Positions 9,911-19,349 are shown, counted from the stretch's first letter. The stretch is 64,000 bases of DNA from a virus (IMGVR_UViG_2703718817_000003), one strand, 5' to 3'. Made by a program: numbers and translations. Notes: generated by a model from the sequence alone, not told the origin.

Positions 9911-11119
9911 ATGAGTCAGCAAGTAGAATCATCAAGCCTGGAGATCATCTCAACCGCAATTGAAACGCTGCGGACACAAATCGCGCTTATACAGAAACGA
10001 AATCCGGGCGATGACCTGTCAAAGCGACTGCATGAGAGCGTCATTGCCACTACAGATAACCTGGTGGCGGAAATCAACCAGCTCCTTGATGATGGGGCAG
10101 TTGATTACAATAAGCTGGTGGATCAGTTTGAGGAGTATCAGCAAGCCGTTAATGATGGCTTGATCCGTTTTTCTCAAGTCACTGGTGTATCAGCGACAGT
10201 TGAAAGCCTGGGGGATGCAGTTAATCAATTTGCCGCGAATATGCGTAATGAGATCGGCAATCTGGAGGCGCGTCTTGAGCAGGCAAATACACTGCGCAAA
10301 TCTGCTGAAGTCGATTTGAGTCGTTACAAAAAAGACTATCCGCCAAGCCTGACAAAACGACTGGATGTTGCGGAGAAAGATAACCGCACGCTGAAAAGAG
10401 AGCGTCGCGAACTAAAAGAGCGTTTAACCAAGCTAAATCAGCAATGCGTTGAGTATCAAGGCGAACTCGTCACACTGCGTAAAAAGTTAGCAGCGGCGCA
10501 GAGCATTATTGAAACATTGAAACGAGAGTGCTCAGAGCTTGGTCATGATCTGAATCGCGCCTGTGGCATGGGGCAAAGGCCAGAGACATTCCCGCTAATG
10601 TATGACGGAAGAGAAGCTATTGCCTATATCCATGAGTTTCCGCATGGTCTGGTCGCGGAGACTGGGCAACGTGGCGAAGCGTTGCTGACGGCAAATTACC
10701 ATCAGCAAATCAGAACCAGCCGCCTGCTGACGATGGATGTGATCCCGTCAGTATGGGGAACGCCGCTTTACTACCGAATTCCTGGCTTCGAAACTGACTG
10801 GAATACCGACATAGACGAATGTCTGGCAGATAAAATTATGGCGTACCTTGAAACGGATTTTCCACGCTTGCATCGCCGGATTATGGACTCTAAGGATGCA
10901 CCGATCGACGAATTGAAAATGCGTCCAGAGACGTTGGAGGCAATCAAGCAGACTGAGTTTGATACAGTGTTCAGTGTGGCCTGCATTCCAAGCAGCTTTC
11001 ATGAAAGCATTCCGTTCATGCAGGGCGATCGCCGTCAGGAAATAATTGATGCTTGCCGGGTATGGGCGAACGAGTGGGATAAGAAGAACGGTGGAGTTGA
11101 AAATCTTTACGGGAAATAA
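9911..11119 (+). CDS. hypothetical protein, N-terminal coiled coil
   Basis: 402 aa ORF with good ATG context (gaaagggaacaaacATG); heptad-rich N-terminal half; bracketed by operator-like motifs. Confidence 0.55.
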   Translation: MSQQVESSSLEIISTAIETLRTQIALIQKRNPGDDLSKRLHESVIATTDNLVAEINQLLDDGAVDYNKLVDQFEEYQQAVNDGLIRFSQVTGVSATVESLGDAVNQFAANMRNEIGNLEARLEQANTLRKSAEVDLSRYKKDYPPSLTKRLDVAEKDNRTLKRERRELKERLTKLNQQCVEYQGELVTLRKKLAAAQSIIETLKRECSELGHDLNRACGMGQRPETFPLMYDGREAIAYIHEFPHGLVAETGQRGEALLTANYHQQIRTSRLLTMDVIPSVWGTPLYYRIPGFETDWNTDIDECLADKIMAYLETDFPRLHRRIMDSKDAPIDELKMRPETLEAIKQTEFDTVFSVACIPSSFHESIPFMQGDRRQEIIDACRVWANEWDKKNGGVENLYGK

Positions 11120-11120
11120 T

Positions 11121-11152
11121 ATGTTAGAAAATTAAAATTGTTTTTCTAACAT
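11121..11152. promoter_or_regulatory. Inverted pair of operator-like motifs (ATGTTAGAAAATTAA ... TTTTCTAACAT)
   Basis: Near-perfect palindrome directly after the 9911-11119 stop. Confidence 0.5.
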
Positions 11153-11980
11153 ATTGATTATGGGGTTAACTTAACATAGAATTTTTCGTGCTGGTGGGGA
11201 GCTTCCCATGTCGCTTGCGGGTTTGATAGTCACTTCATTGTCTTTCCCCACCAGCATCAAACAAATTTAAGTGTTAGAAAGTAAATTTTAAGGTAAGGGA
11301 AAGCTCCGGCACCGTGCAAATACATGCCCGGCAGGTTTAGTGCGTAAAGTGGCTTCAGCGAGAGCATTTTACGGAGTAAACGACAGTGACTTGAGCCACG
11401 GAAGGTCTTTTTATGGTGTTCATTGATGATGATCTGGCAGTGAGTATGTTAAGTGGGCCAGGCTGCATCGGGTCATCATCAGTGCACATCCTCAACGTTA
11501 AGGAGGCGCAGAGTTGGGTTTTCCTCTTATTTTGCTGACTCTGAGTCTCCTTAACGTTGCGGTAATGCACCTATGCGGATGTGGCCTTGCATTGTGTCTT
11601 GAAAGAATGGGGTAAGGCCGGGGATATCCCCAGGGGGAGGCACCCCCGCTGCAACGAACAGCCACAGACGGCAGTCGAGTGATGGAAACGTGCAAAGACT
11701 TTAAACCTCGTTACGGCTGGCGTGGCAAACGCGACAACCGAGACAGAGCGGTGACGGGCGGAGAGAGAGCCGCTTCAAGATAAAAGCCGACTATGGATTC
11801 CTTTCTGCGGGCCTTTGAAAGTGAATCTTGCTCAGGCAGTCGGCTTTTATGTTGATACGTAGCGATAGCCGCGACAGGCGCGGCGGCAAGTATGGCGGGG
11901 TAGTGACTCCTTCCCCCTTATGACGCCGATTTGCCAGGCTGGCCATACGCCTAAGTGGCAATACCGCGAGTGGGATATTT

Positions 11981-12006
11981 GCCCACCTTCGGGTGGGTGT
12001 TTTTTC
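11981..12006 (+). terminator. Rho-independent terminator
   Basis: CCCACC-TTCG-GGTGGG stem followed by TGTTTTTTC, inside an ORF-free region. Confidence 0.55.
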
Positions 12007-12466
12007 AGGGTTTTCGTCATGGTTAGCGACTTTGCGGCGGTTTAGAACCCGACCATTAAAGTAAATGCAAACGATGATCTGATGATGGTAGCGGCCTAAG
12101 AAGCCTGACGCCACGGGGTATGAGTCGTCCCCCGTCAAAAAATCGACCGCAGAGTGTCCCCGTCTGTGTATTAGGGAACGGGGAGGCATAACAGGCAAGG
12201 GCGCTGGTGTGATTAACCAGATGAATGAGAAGGGTCAGGTCTTTCTGGTCAGCGCCCTTACCTGTTACGTCCTTACCGCGTAACAGCCATTGGTTAATGG
12301 CTTTCTGGAATAATGTCTTGTAACGGGTATATCCCGTCATGCTGAAGGCGCTAATCACGCTGGAAGCCAGGGTTATGCATCCCCTGTTACCGAATTGCAG
12401 CCAGGGCGCGGTGCGCCGAAAAGCATACGGAGGTGGAAGCCCTCGCCGGAGACGTACCCGGCAAGT

Positions 12467-12543
12467 GATGGTGTAGCTCAGTAGGATAGAGCAGCAGCCT
12501 TCTAAGCTGTCGGTCGGTGGTTCGAATCCACCCACCATCGCCA
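12467..12543 (+). tRNA. tRNA-Arg (anticodon UCU)
   Basis: Manual cloverleaf: acceptor GATGGTG/CACCATC, D-arm GCTC...GAGC, anticodon loop CTTCTAA, T-arm GGTGG-TTCGAAT-CCACC, encoded CCA. Confidence 0.8.
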
Positions 12544-12548
12544 ATTTA

Positions 12549-12635
12549 GGGGAGTTAGTCCGTAGGGGTAGCGGGGTAGACTGTAAATCTACTGTCATTG
12601 CGACTCGGATGGTTCGACTCCATCACTCCCCACCA
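12549..12635 (+). tRNA. tRNA-Tyr (anticodon GUA), class II with long variable arm; D-arm atypical
   Basis: Acceptor GGGGAGT/ACTCCCC, anticodon arm GTAGA-CTGTAAA-TCTAC, variable arm TGTCATTGCGACTCG, T-arm GATGG-TTCGACT-CCATC, CCA encoded. Confidence 0.6.
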
Positions 12636-12639
12636 AATT

Positions 12640-12715
12640 GCCGGTTTAGCTCAGTTGGTAGAGCAGTCGCTTTGTAAGCGAATGGTCAGCGGTTCGATCC
12701 CGTTAACCGGCACCA
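12640..12715 (+). tRNA. tRNA-Thr (anticodon UGU)
   Basis: Acceptor GCCGGTT/AACCGGC, D-arm GCTC-AGTTGGTA-GAGC, anticodon loop TTTGTAA, T-loop TTCGATC, CCA encoded. Confidence 0.85.
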
Positions 12716-12903
12716 ACACAACAGGTAAGGGTATTTTGCGACATCGGAGATCGCCGAGCTTGGCAGAGGGTTCGAATCCCTACGAAGTACCCTTGCCGTT
12801 GTGATGAATGCACAGGCTGATGTGCCGCAACTACAGTAGTGCGCGCTTTGCGGGGCTTGCTACAACCCTGTGTCGGAGTTCAGCACCGACCATCACAATC
12901 ACT

Positions 12904-12990
12904 GGAGAGTAGGGAGCATGGTGCTCAAGCGGTCTTGAAAACCGTCCCATTGCGCAAGCGATGATGGTTCGATTCCATTACTCTCCGCCA
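12904..12990 (+). tRNA. tRNA-Ser-like (anticodon UGA), class II; D-arm noncanonical
   Basis: Acceptor GGAGAGT/ACTCTCC plus GCCA; anticodon arm GCGGT-CTTGAAA-ACCGT; long variable region; T-arm GATGG-TTCGATT-CCATT. Confidence 0.55.
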
Positions 12991-13419
12991 GCGCAACGTT
13001 AAGAGTATTTGGCTAATTAAGCGAATGCCGGAAGCAGAACCGGATCACCAAATGCGTACAGGCGTCATCGCCGCCCAGTCAGCCAAATGCTCTTACCATT
13101 GCGGTGAATGCGGCTAAGCGCACGCGGAACAGTTAAAACAGTAAAGGTGGTCTTTTTACTGGCGTAACGAGCATCCATAAGTGATCCGGCGTTAATTGTT
13201 AACTGGTTAACGTCACCGGGAGGCACCCGGCACCGCAACCTAACAGCAATGGCGTTTTGTCTTAAAAGGTGGCTGCAAGTGATGGATTTTTGGGCGTTTG
13301 CCGATAAAAACCCGGAGTGGACATTATTGTTTCTGCTGGTGGTTGCATACGGGGTAGAGCAAGCGGCAAAAGCCTTACGCGGTTCTGGCAAAAAGCGTAA
13401 GCGTAATTAACAGTAATCT

Positions 13420-13495
13420 GGCCCTTTAGCTCAGTGGTTAGAGCGGGCGACTCATAATCGCACGGTCACCGGTTCAAGTCCGGTAGGGGCCACCA
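13420..13495 (+). tRNA. tRNA-Ile2-like (anticodon CAU, lysidine type) or tRNA-Met
   Basis: GGCCCTTTAGCTCAGTGGTTAGAGC...CTCATAA...GGTTCAAGTCCGG...AGGGGCCACCA; closely resembles enterobacterial ileX from memory. Confidence 0.75.
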
Positions 13496-13949
13496 CATTT
13501 GGTTGTAACACGGCGTATGGCACATGCGTCGTTAGCGGTCTGGTGTAGCTGTTAGGTGCCTTACTAACACTGCATGGGCACACCAGGTAGCCGGAATGTG
13601 CAAGTCACCGTTGGAGGGATAGCGGACTCAGGGACTCACCATCCTGGCGATTCGGTGTGACAGCCGGAATAGCACGGCGTACAACAGGAAAAGGTGTTTA
13701 ATTAATACGAGCGCCTTCTCCGTTGTGGTAATTGCGGCTATGCGCTCGTGACGAAGCCATTTTCATTCACTACGTTCTGATAAGTGTCGTCGCCGGGCGT
13801 GGCTAACCTGGCAGGTGGAGGCACCACCGCCACAACTCCTTTCAATTCATCATATAGCCGCTCAGGCTGTAACCCTTAATTAATACGAAGTTACGACGTC
13901 ACTACCGGTTCAGCCGGGGGATAGTCGCGCGTGTAAAAAAGGAGACGTT

Positions 13950-14525
13950 ATGTTAACGGCGAACGATAACGCGTATTCAGAAGATGATCTCGTTTTGAGT
14001 GACTTTATAGGGCGACGAGAATGCTGGACGCAAAAGCGCGAGGAGCTTTATGCAGCGTTAGTTCGTAAAGGCGTCAACATCGAAACCGCACAGAACGGTG
14101 ATATGACAGTGGTAAGTGTTGGACTGCACGGCGTAAGCGTGTCAGCAATCAATCATGAGCCGTACATTGCGTTATCCGAGTCAATGGTAAGGTTAGTTAA
14201 GTTCCTGAAGTACACAGAAGCGAATAACGTGCTCATCGCCAAAAAGAACATCCCGTTCTCATCGGCCTTTTACTGGATGATGAAGGGGCTTGATGCCCGG
14301 CGAACATCATGGCCTAAAGGGAGCTATATATCGATGCTCCGTGGCAGTGTTGGCAGCAAAGAAAAGCTCGTCGAATTCCTGCCGGAAGAGGCATTCGATA
14401 TTGTTGAAGGTTGTGATGTGATGGTTATGCCTCGCCTGGTAATGATGAATGGGGATTTACAGGCACAGACAGACTGGTTTGCAACTGGTGTTGATATTAT
14501 CGCTACTGACTGGGAGGTTTTTTGA
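13950..14525 (+). CDS. hypothetical protein with C-terminal DUF2829-like domain
   Basis: 191 aa; C-terminal FSSAFYWMMKGLDARRTSWPKGSY...TDWFATGVDIIATDWEVF has the W...RR..W...DW-x-V pattern. Confidence 0.5.
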   Translation: MLTANDNAYSEDDLVLSDFIGRRECWTQKREELYAALVRKGVNIETAQNGDMTVVSVGLHGVSVSAINHEPYIALSESMVRLVKFLKYTEANNVLIAKKNIPFSSAFYWMMKGLDARRTSWPKGSYISMLRGSVGSKEKLVEFLPEEAFDIVEGCDVMVMPRLVMMNGDLQAQTDWFATGVDIIATDWEVF

Positions 14526-14905
14526 TGTACGAGGCTACTAAATTACGCATTGAGGATGCGATGCACATTGGTTGGGACATCATCACCTGCAAGATAACAT
14601 CATGCAAGGCTACACGCACAGACGCCGGACACAAGAGCACAATATCAGGTTATGTCGTGATGTCAGTCAGGAGTGTGCGCATACGCTTCAGATGGAAAGC
14701 CTGCCAGGTTACATCATCAATGCCGCTTACCGTCGAGCAGGATTACTTATGCTTACCTGAAATAGACGGAGCGTTGCTGGTGGGTAATAGTGGTCGAAAA
14801 GCCGATTTTGAAGCCAGTCTGAAGATGGCCCAGACGGTGATCAACAAACATAAAGGGAAGTGGGAGGCAAAAGTTAAGCATGTTGTTCGTTTATCCCGCT
14901 GGTAG
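14522..14905 (+). CDS. hypothetical protein
   Basis: 127 aa ORF overlapping upstream stop by 4 nt (ATGA). Confidence 0.45.
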   Translation: MMYEATKLRIEDAMHIGWDIITCKITSCKATRTDAGHKSTISGYVVMSVRSVRIRFRWKACQVTSSMPLTVEQDYLCLPEIDGALLVGNSGRKADFEASLKMAQTVINKHKGKWEAKVKHVVRLSRW

Positions 14906-14936
14906 TGTTAGTAAATTAATATTAATTTTCTAATAC
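14905..14936. promoter_or_regulatory. Inverted pair of operator-like motifs (GTGTTAGTAAATTAA ... TTAATTTTCTAATAC)
   Basis: Palindromic copy of the recurring motif between the 14522-14905 gene and the pacAB operon. Confidence 0.45.
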
Positions 14937-15012
14937 ATCATGTTTTTGACAGTCTTCTCAGTATTAACAAGCTGATTATCATCCCCTCGGTCTTTTTCTA
15001 TCCGGGGGATAA

Positions 15013-15405
15013 ATGGAGCAAATCAGTAGCGCCGAAATAGCGGATATCATGATCAGGGCTGACTGCTATCTGACGGTCACCGAAATCACCAGCCGTGCAA
15101 AAGCACAATATCCTCACCTTCATGTGTCGCGCGTAAACGTAAATAACATCATACGTTTTTTTGTTCGTTCCAGTCGTGCCATTTGCGAAATAGACGACCG
15201 CGTATACCCCCGGAAATATTGGTTACATGGCCTGAATGGATACCAGTTCAAGGTGCGCGGGCGCACTCCTGAATTCGGTCGGCTGTTGGTGAAAAACACC
15301 AACCGAAAGATAGAAGCTCAATTACGAAAGGAGCAGCGTCAGTTGGTGGCGATGACTAACCAGCTATGGAACGCCGCTGTGAAAAAACGTGAGGCTTCCC
15401 TATGA
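15013..15405 (+). CDS. hypothetical protein upstream of pacA (position of P1 lpa)
   Basis: 130 aa ORF overlapping pacA start by 4 nt; function inferred from position only. Confidence 0.4.
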   Translation: MEQISSAEIADIMIRADCYLTVTEITSRAKAQYPHLHVSRVNVNNIIRFFVRSSRAICEIDDRVYPRKYWLHGLNGYQFKVRGRTPEFGRLLVKNTNRKIEAQLRKEQRQLVAMTNQLWNAAVKKREASL

Positions 15406-16766
15406 CGTTAATTAACTGGGAAGCGCATCGAGCTAAGTTCCTGGAGTTAAGAGAAGAAACCGGGATCACCATAAAAGAATATTGCGAGCAGCATGACCTC
15501 AGCTTTAACACCGCCAGAAAGCATCTCAATATGAAAAAAAATGAGGTTAAGGCGAAAGCAAAGGCTGCCGGGAAAAGTACAAAACAGCGCGCAAAAAGCA
15601 GCGCCACCGGCTCAAAAAAAGAGCAAAAAAAGGCTGATAAAAGCACAGAATTTACAAAAACTGACAAATCGTTAGCTGGTGGACGGTTCCGCGCCATGCC
15701 GCAAAAACAAAATGCGGATCACAAAGAAAAGCCAAGTAATAACAACAAGATACACAAGGATGTGAAGGGATCATTTTGTGATGAAATGGGAGAAATGATC
15801 CCTAAAAGCAGCGAAAAAGCCCAACGAAACAAGGGATCATTGCAAATGATCCCTGACTCATCAGCTCAAAGCGCCACTTTGCCTGCCACCAACGTCGCCC
15901 GTGAGATGATGAAGAACGGCGCGACTGAACATTTACGACTTGCGATACAGATGGCGCAGGAACGAGCAATTCAGTATCAGGCCATCGTTGACCAGGAAGC
16001 GGAGCGACTACAGGAAGAGATTGACGCCCTCGGCGATACACAGCCAGAGGGGATGCACCCAGGGCAGCGTCTTCTCGGCCTAATAAGCGATGCGGCCTAC
16101 TACATGAATGACTTTATCAGTAGGTTGGCAGCCATCTACCAGACCGAGCAGAAGCTACGCCAGGGGGATGAAAAACTTGCGCAGGGCGCGCGTCAGCAGG
16201 CATTCAGGGAGGCTGAGGCCAGAGAAAAACTGGCGATTGCCCGCCTGCAGGCCGAGCAGCGTGGCAAGGAGATTGAGTATCGCATTGGCGCTGACGCACG
16301 CGCCGCCAGGGTTATCGCCGCCGCTATACGTATGCGTGAGCGCGAGGAGCTGGACGATATAGGCGTAGCTGAATATATCGAGCGGCAGGGCGTCAGTGTC
16401 CCAGCTATCCTGGCGGCACGAGCGGCAAAAGCGATCTCACTTCTGGAGCCTCCGGTTTCTGACGTTAACGATGTTGATGATGAGCAACTGGATAAAGAGG
16501 CGAAGCAGTTTGCCGAGCAACAAGCTGGACTACCACAATGGCTTGCACAACGCCGGGCTGAAGTAGCGAAAATCGTTGATAGGCTTGGGATGGGGGATTA
16601 CGACCGGAACGGAGAACGTAAAGCCGGTGAATTTGAGGCCAATGATGAAGACCTGAATATAGACCCTTCCGCCACGGCTGATATCTACGGTGATTATGAC
16701 GCGGGGGATACCGGTTTTGATGCTGTAGATGACGAGATTGTGATAGACCAGCCGGAGGATGACTAA
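15402..16766 (+). CDS. pacA: Terminase small subunit PacA-like
   Basis: 454 aa; N-terminal HTH-like segment; lysine-rich linker; acidic C-terminus; translationally coupled to the large subunit (TAATG); contains a GATC cluster. Confidence 0.65.
   Translation: MTLINWEAHRAKFLELREETGITIKEYCEQHDLSFNTARKHLNMKKNEVKAKAKAAGKSTKQRAKSSATGSKKEQKKADKSTEFTKTDKSLAGGRFRAMPQKQNADHKEKPSNNNKIHKDVKGSFCDEMGEMIPKSSEKAQRNKGSLQMIPDSSAQSATLPATNVAREMMKNGATEHLRLAIQMAQERAIQYQAIVDQEAERLQEEIDALGDTQPEGMHPGQRLLGLISDAAYYMNDFISRLAAIYQTEQKLRQGDEKLAQGARQQAFREAEAREKLAIARLQAEQRGKEIEYRIGADARAARVIAAAIRMREREELDDIGVAEYIERQGVSVPAILAARAAKAISLLEPPVSDVNDVDDEQLDKEAKQFAEQQAGLPQWLAQRRAEVAKIVDRLGMGDYDRNGERKAGEFEANDEDLNIDPSATADIYGDYDAGDTGFDAVDDEIVIDQPEDD
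15765..15855. other. Candidate pac site: four GATC-containing elements in alternating orientation inside pacA
   Basis: GGGATCATT (15769), AATGATCCC (15797), GGGATCATT (15835), AATGATCCC (15848) within about 85 bp; P1 pac is a cluster of Dam-methylatable hexamers inside pacA. Confidence 0.45.
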
Positions 16767-18274
16767 TGGCTGGTGGTCGTAAGATTAAGTGCGTCACCAG
16801 TGATCCACGTTGGCGCGATATGGTTATCAGGTATCGATACAACTTTACCCAGGCGGTTGTCGATATTTTTGGGATGTTCCCCTCCCATCAGCAGCAGCAG
16901 ATCATTCAGTCAGTGCAGGAGACGGGGAGCAGGACGACCGTTACGTCCGGACACGGAACGGGTAAGTCATCCCTTACCGCGATGTTGCTACTAATTTTTA
17001 TGATCCTGTTCCCCGACGCCCGCGTCATTATTGTTGCGAACAAAATAGGCCAGGTAAAAACAGGCGTATTCAAATACGTGAAACAGTTTTGGGCGAATGC
17101 TGTTAAGCGCCACGGCTGGTTACAGACCTATTTTGTCCTGTCTGACACCATGTTTTATGAGCGTTCCCGTAAAGGGATATGGGAAGTGCTCTGTAAAGGT
17201 TATCGACTCGGTAACGAAGAGGCACTGGCGGGGGAGCACGCGGAGCATTTACTGCTAATCCTTGATGAAGCATCGGGCATATCCGATAAGGCGATTAACG
17301 TCATGACGGGGGCGTTAACGCAGAAAGATAACCGTATGCTCATGCTTTCCCAGCCTACGCGTCCAAGCGGTTACTTTTATGAATCCCACCATTCAAGGGC
17401 AAAGGCAGAAGGCAATCCGGAAGGAGTCTGGACGGCAATAGTCCTTAACTCTGAAGAATCTCCATTCGTTGAACCGAGCTTTATTCGTGAGAAATTGCTG
17501 GAGTACGGCGGCAGGGATTCGCTGGAGTACATGGTTAAGGTGCTGGGCCAGTTCCCGCGTGCAATTAACGGGTATTTGCTTGGTCGTGATGAGTGCGACC
17601 GCGCCGCACGGCGTAAAGTGTTGCTGGAGAAAGATTGGGGCTGGGTAGCGACCGCTGACGTCGGTAATGGTCGCGACAAATCGGTGCTCAATATATGCAA
17701 AGTATCCGGTTATCGTGAGAAACGACGCGTTGTGAACTTTAAGATACTGGAGATGCCAGGCACTATGGACCCGTTGGCTTTTGCCGACTTTATCTATAAC
17801 GAATGCACTCCTGATAAATACCCGAACATCACCATTGCTGTGGATGCTGATGGCTTTGGTTCAGATACGTGTGCGCAGCTTGTCCGCCGTGGTGCTAATC
17901 CCGTTCGCATCCGTTGGGGTAAGCCTATGTTTGCGCTAAGAGACAGAGAACGCTTTGTCAATCAGCGTGCTTACGCCAATATTATGGCAGGGGATGCCAT
18001 TAAATCAGGGCGTATGCGTATCGATAGTGACCCCAAAACCGCAGATCAGGCATCAAAAATCCCGTATATGCTTAACGAAGAAGGGAAGGTAGCGATGATG
18101 CGCAAGGAGCACATGCGGCAGAAGTTAAACATCAAGTCGCCGGACAGATGGGATACCTACTGCTTCACTATGCTGGTGGATTACGTGCCTGCTAATGAAG
18201 ACATTGGCGCAGAACTCGCAACATTCCGCGATCAGGTGTTGGCAGAAGTGGATATTCCTGATATTGACATTTAA
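16766..18274 (+). CDS. pacB: Terminase large subunit PacB-like
   Basis: 502 aa; Walker A TSGHGTGKSS; acidic motif LLLILDEASGI; position after pacA. Confidence 0.8.
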   Translation: MAGGRKIKCVTSDPRWRDMVIRYRYNFTQAVVDIFGMFPSHQQQQIIQSVQETGSRTTVTSGHGTGKSSLTAMLLLIFMILFPDARVIIVANKIGQVKTGVFKYVKQFWANAVKRHGWLQTYFVLSDTMFYERSRKGIWEVLCKGYRLGNEEALAGEHAEHLLLILDEASGISDKAINVMTGALTQKDNRMLMLSQPTRPSGYFYESHHSRAKAEGNPEGVWTAIVLNSEESPFVEPSFIREKLLEYGGRDSLEYMVKVLGQFPRAINGYLLGRDECDRAARRKVLLEKDWGWVATADVGNGRDKSVLNICKVSGYREKRRVVNFKILEMPGTMDPLAFADFIYNECTPDKYPNITIAVDADGFGSDTCAQLVRRGANPVRIRWGKPMFALRDRERFVNQRAYANIMAGDAIKSGRMRIDSDPKTADQASKIPYMLNEEGKVAMMRKEHMRQKLNIKSPDRWDTYCFTMLVDYVPANEDIGAELATFRDQVLAEVDIPDIDI

Positions 18275-18296
18275 AAGCCCCGGCGATTCGGGGCTT
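18275..18296. terminator. Bidirectional hairpin terminator between convergent pacB and the 18312-19349 gene
   Basis: AAGCCCCG-GCGATT-CGGGGCTT, A/T runs on both sides. Confidence 0.5.
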
Positions 18297-18311
18297 GTGG
18301 GTGGTTTGCGA

Positions 18312-19349
18312 TTACCAGAGTTTTGCCGCGTACATCGTTTGTGTGAATGTGTACCCATAGCGTTCTTCAACGCTTTTACCGTATTTTTTCCTGGCTTCAG
18401 TAAGGCGGATGCCTGTCAGGTCATCGCCGGAGGCAATCATAACTTCCAGTAGTTCCAGGTCCATTTTATCCAGCCTTGCCATTGCATCTTTAGCCTCTTG
18501 AATTTTCCGGCTAACGATCTGGTGTATGGCTGGATCGGCTTCGGCCAGCATTTTATCTGATTTGTTTTTTAAACTCTGATTGCGGATATCAATGTTTCTC
18601 AGGATATATGACTTCACGACATAGCTTGGCTGCTGCTTTTCCAGATCACGAACCCGATAAAGGTCAAATTCGCCGAGAAGTCCGCACGGAAGCGGTTTAA
18701 TGCCAGTGTAAATGGTAAGGGTACGGCGCTCACCAACGTTGTTAACAACGGGAATCTCTGTGTTTGCTTTTCTTGCAAAGATCAGCGCACCGTGCGCACC
18801 CACTCGGAAGCGTGAAAGTCCATTGTTGCCCTCGATATTGGTGGTAATCACCACATCGGTATAACCTTCTTTTCTTGCGCGGTATACCTCGCCCTCACGT
18901 TCAGCGGCGAAGAATCTGCGTTCTTCTTCAAGCGCACCGACAACCTGTGAAAATATCCTGTTTTTCATGCTTTTCTTTATAGTTTTATCGTATTTTTTCA
19001 GCAGGTCTTCGCGCGTAAATGTTCTCGTTGTGGTTGCGCTTTGCATAACGATATGCGTACTCTGATTAGTATCCTCAACAATGAATGGGATCGGTAAATA
19101 AACCGACTCAACAATGTTTGAGGCTTTGTCATCATCCTTGCGACACAGATCAACAAAGGCTTTCCATTCGGCTATGCATTTTTCAGCTTCTTCTAATACA
19201 GCCGGATCATGTGTTAATGCAACATGGCGAAATTCCTCGCCAACATAACTGGTATCATGGAAAACAGAGTTTGCGACCACCAGCTCTTTCCACCGTTCGG
19301 CGGTTTGCAGGAACCGTTTGTACTCATTCTCGATCGACTTCTTACTCAT
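18312..19349 (-). CDS. hypothetical protein; candidate C1-like immunity repressor by position
   Basis: 345 aa from ATG at 19349 (MSKKSIENEY...); the longer track ORF to 19637 is rejected. Lies between pacB and the lox-like site/cre, the position of c1 in P1; operator-like motif at 19364-19378 directly upstream. Confidence 0.4.
   Translation of the reverse strand: MSKKSIENEYKRFLQTAERWKELVVANSVFHDTSYVGEEFRHVALTHDPAVLEEAEKCIAEWKAFVDLCRKDDDKASNIVESVYLPIPFIVEDTNQSTHIVMQSATTTRTFTREDLLKKYDKTIKKSMKNRIFSQVVGALEEERRFFAAEREGEVYRARKEGYTDVVITTNIEGNNGLSRFRVGAHGALIFARKANTEIPVVNNVGERRTLTIYTGIKPLPCGLLGEFDLYRVRDLEKQQPSYVVKSYILRNIDIRNQSLKNKSDKMLAEADPAIHQIVSRKIQEAKDAMARLDKMDLELLEVMIASGDDLTGIRLTEARKKYGKSVEERYGYTFTQTMYAAKLW

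Noticed and set aside
12056-12598. 180 aa minus-strand ORF
   Set aside because: It runs antisense through the tRNA-Arg gene and the hairpin-rich region, has no start context and low-complexity composition; taken as a chance ORF.
13867-13886. loxP-like half site TTAATTAATACGAAGTTAC
   Set aside because: Matches only one loxP arm (ATACGAAGTTA) with no inverted partner at 8-bp spacing; the 19546-19575 palindrome is a better lox candidate. May still be a degenerate recombination scar.
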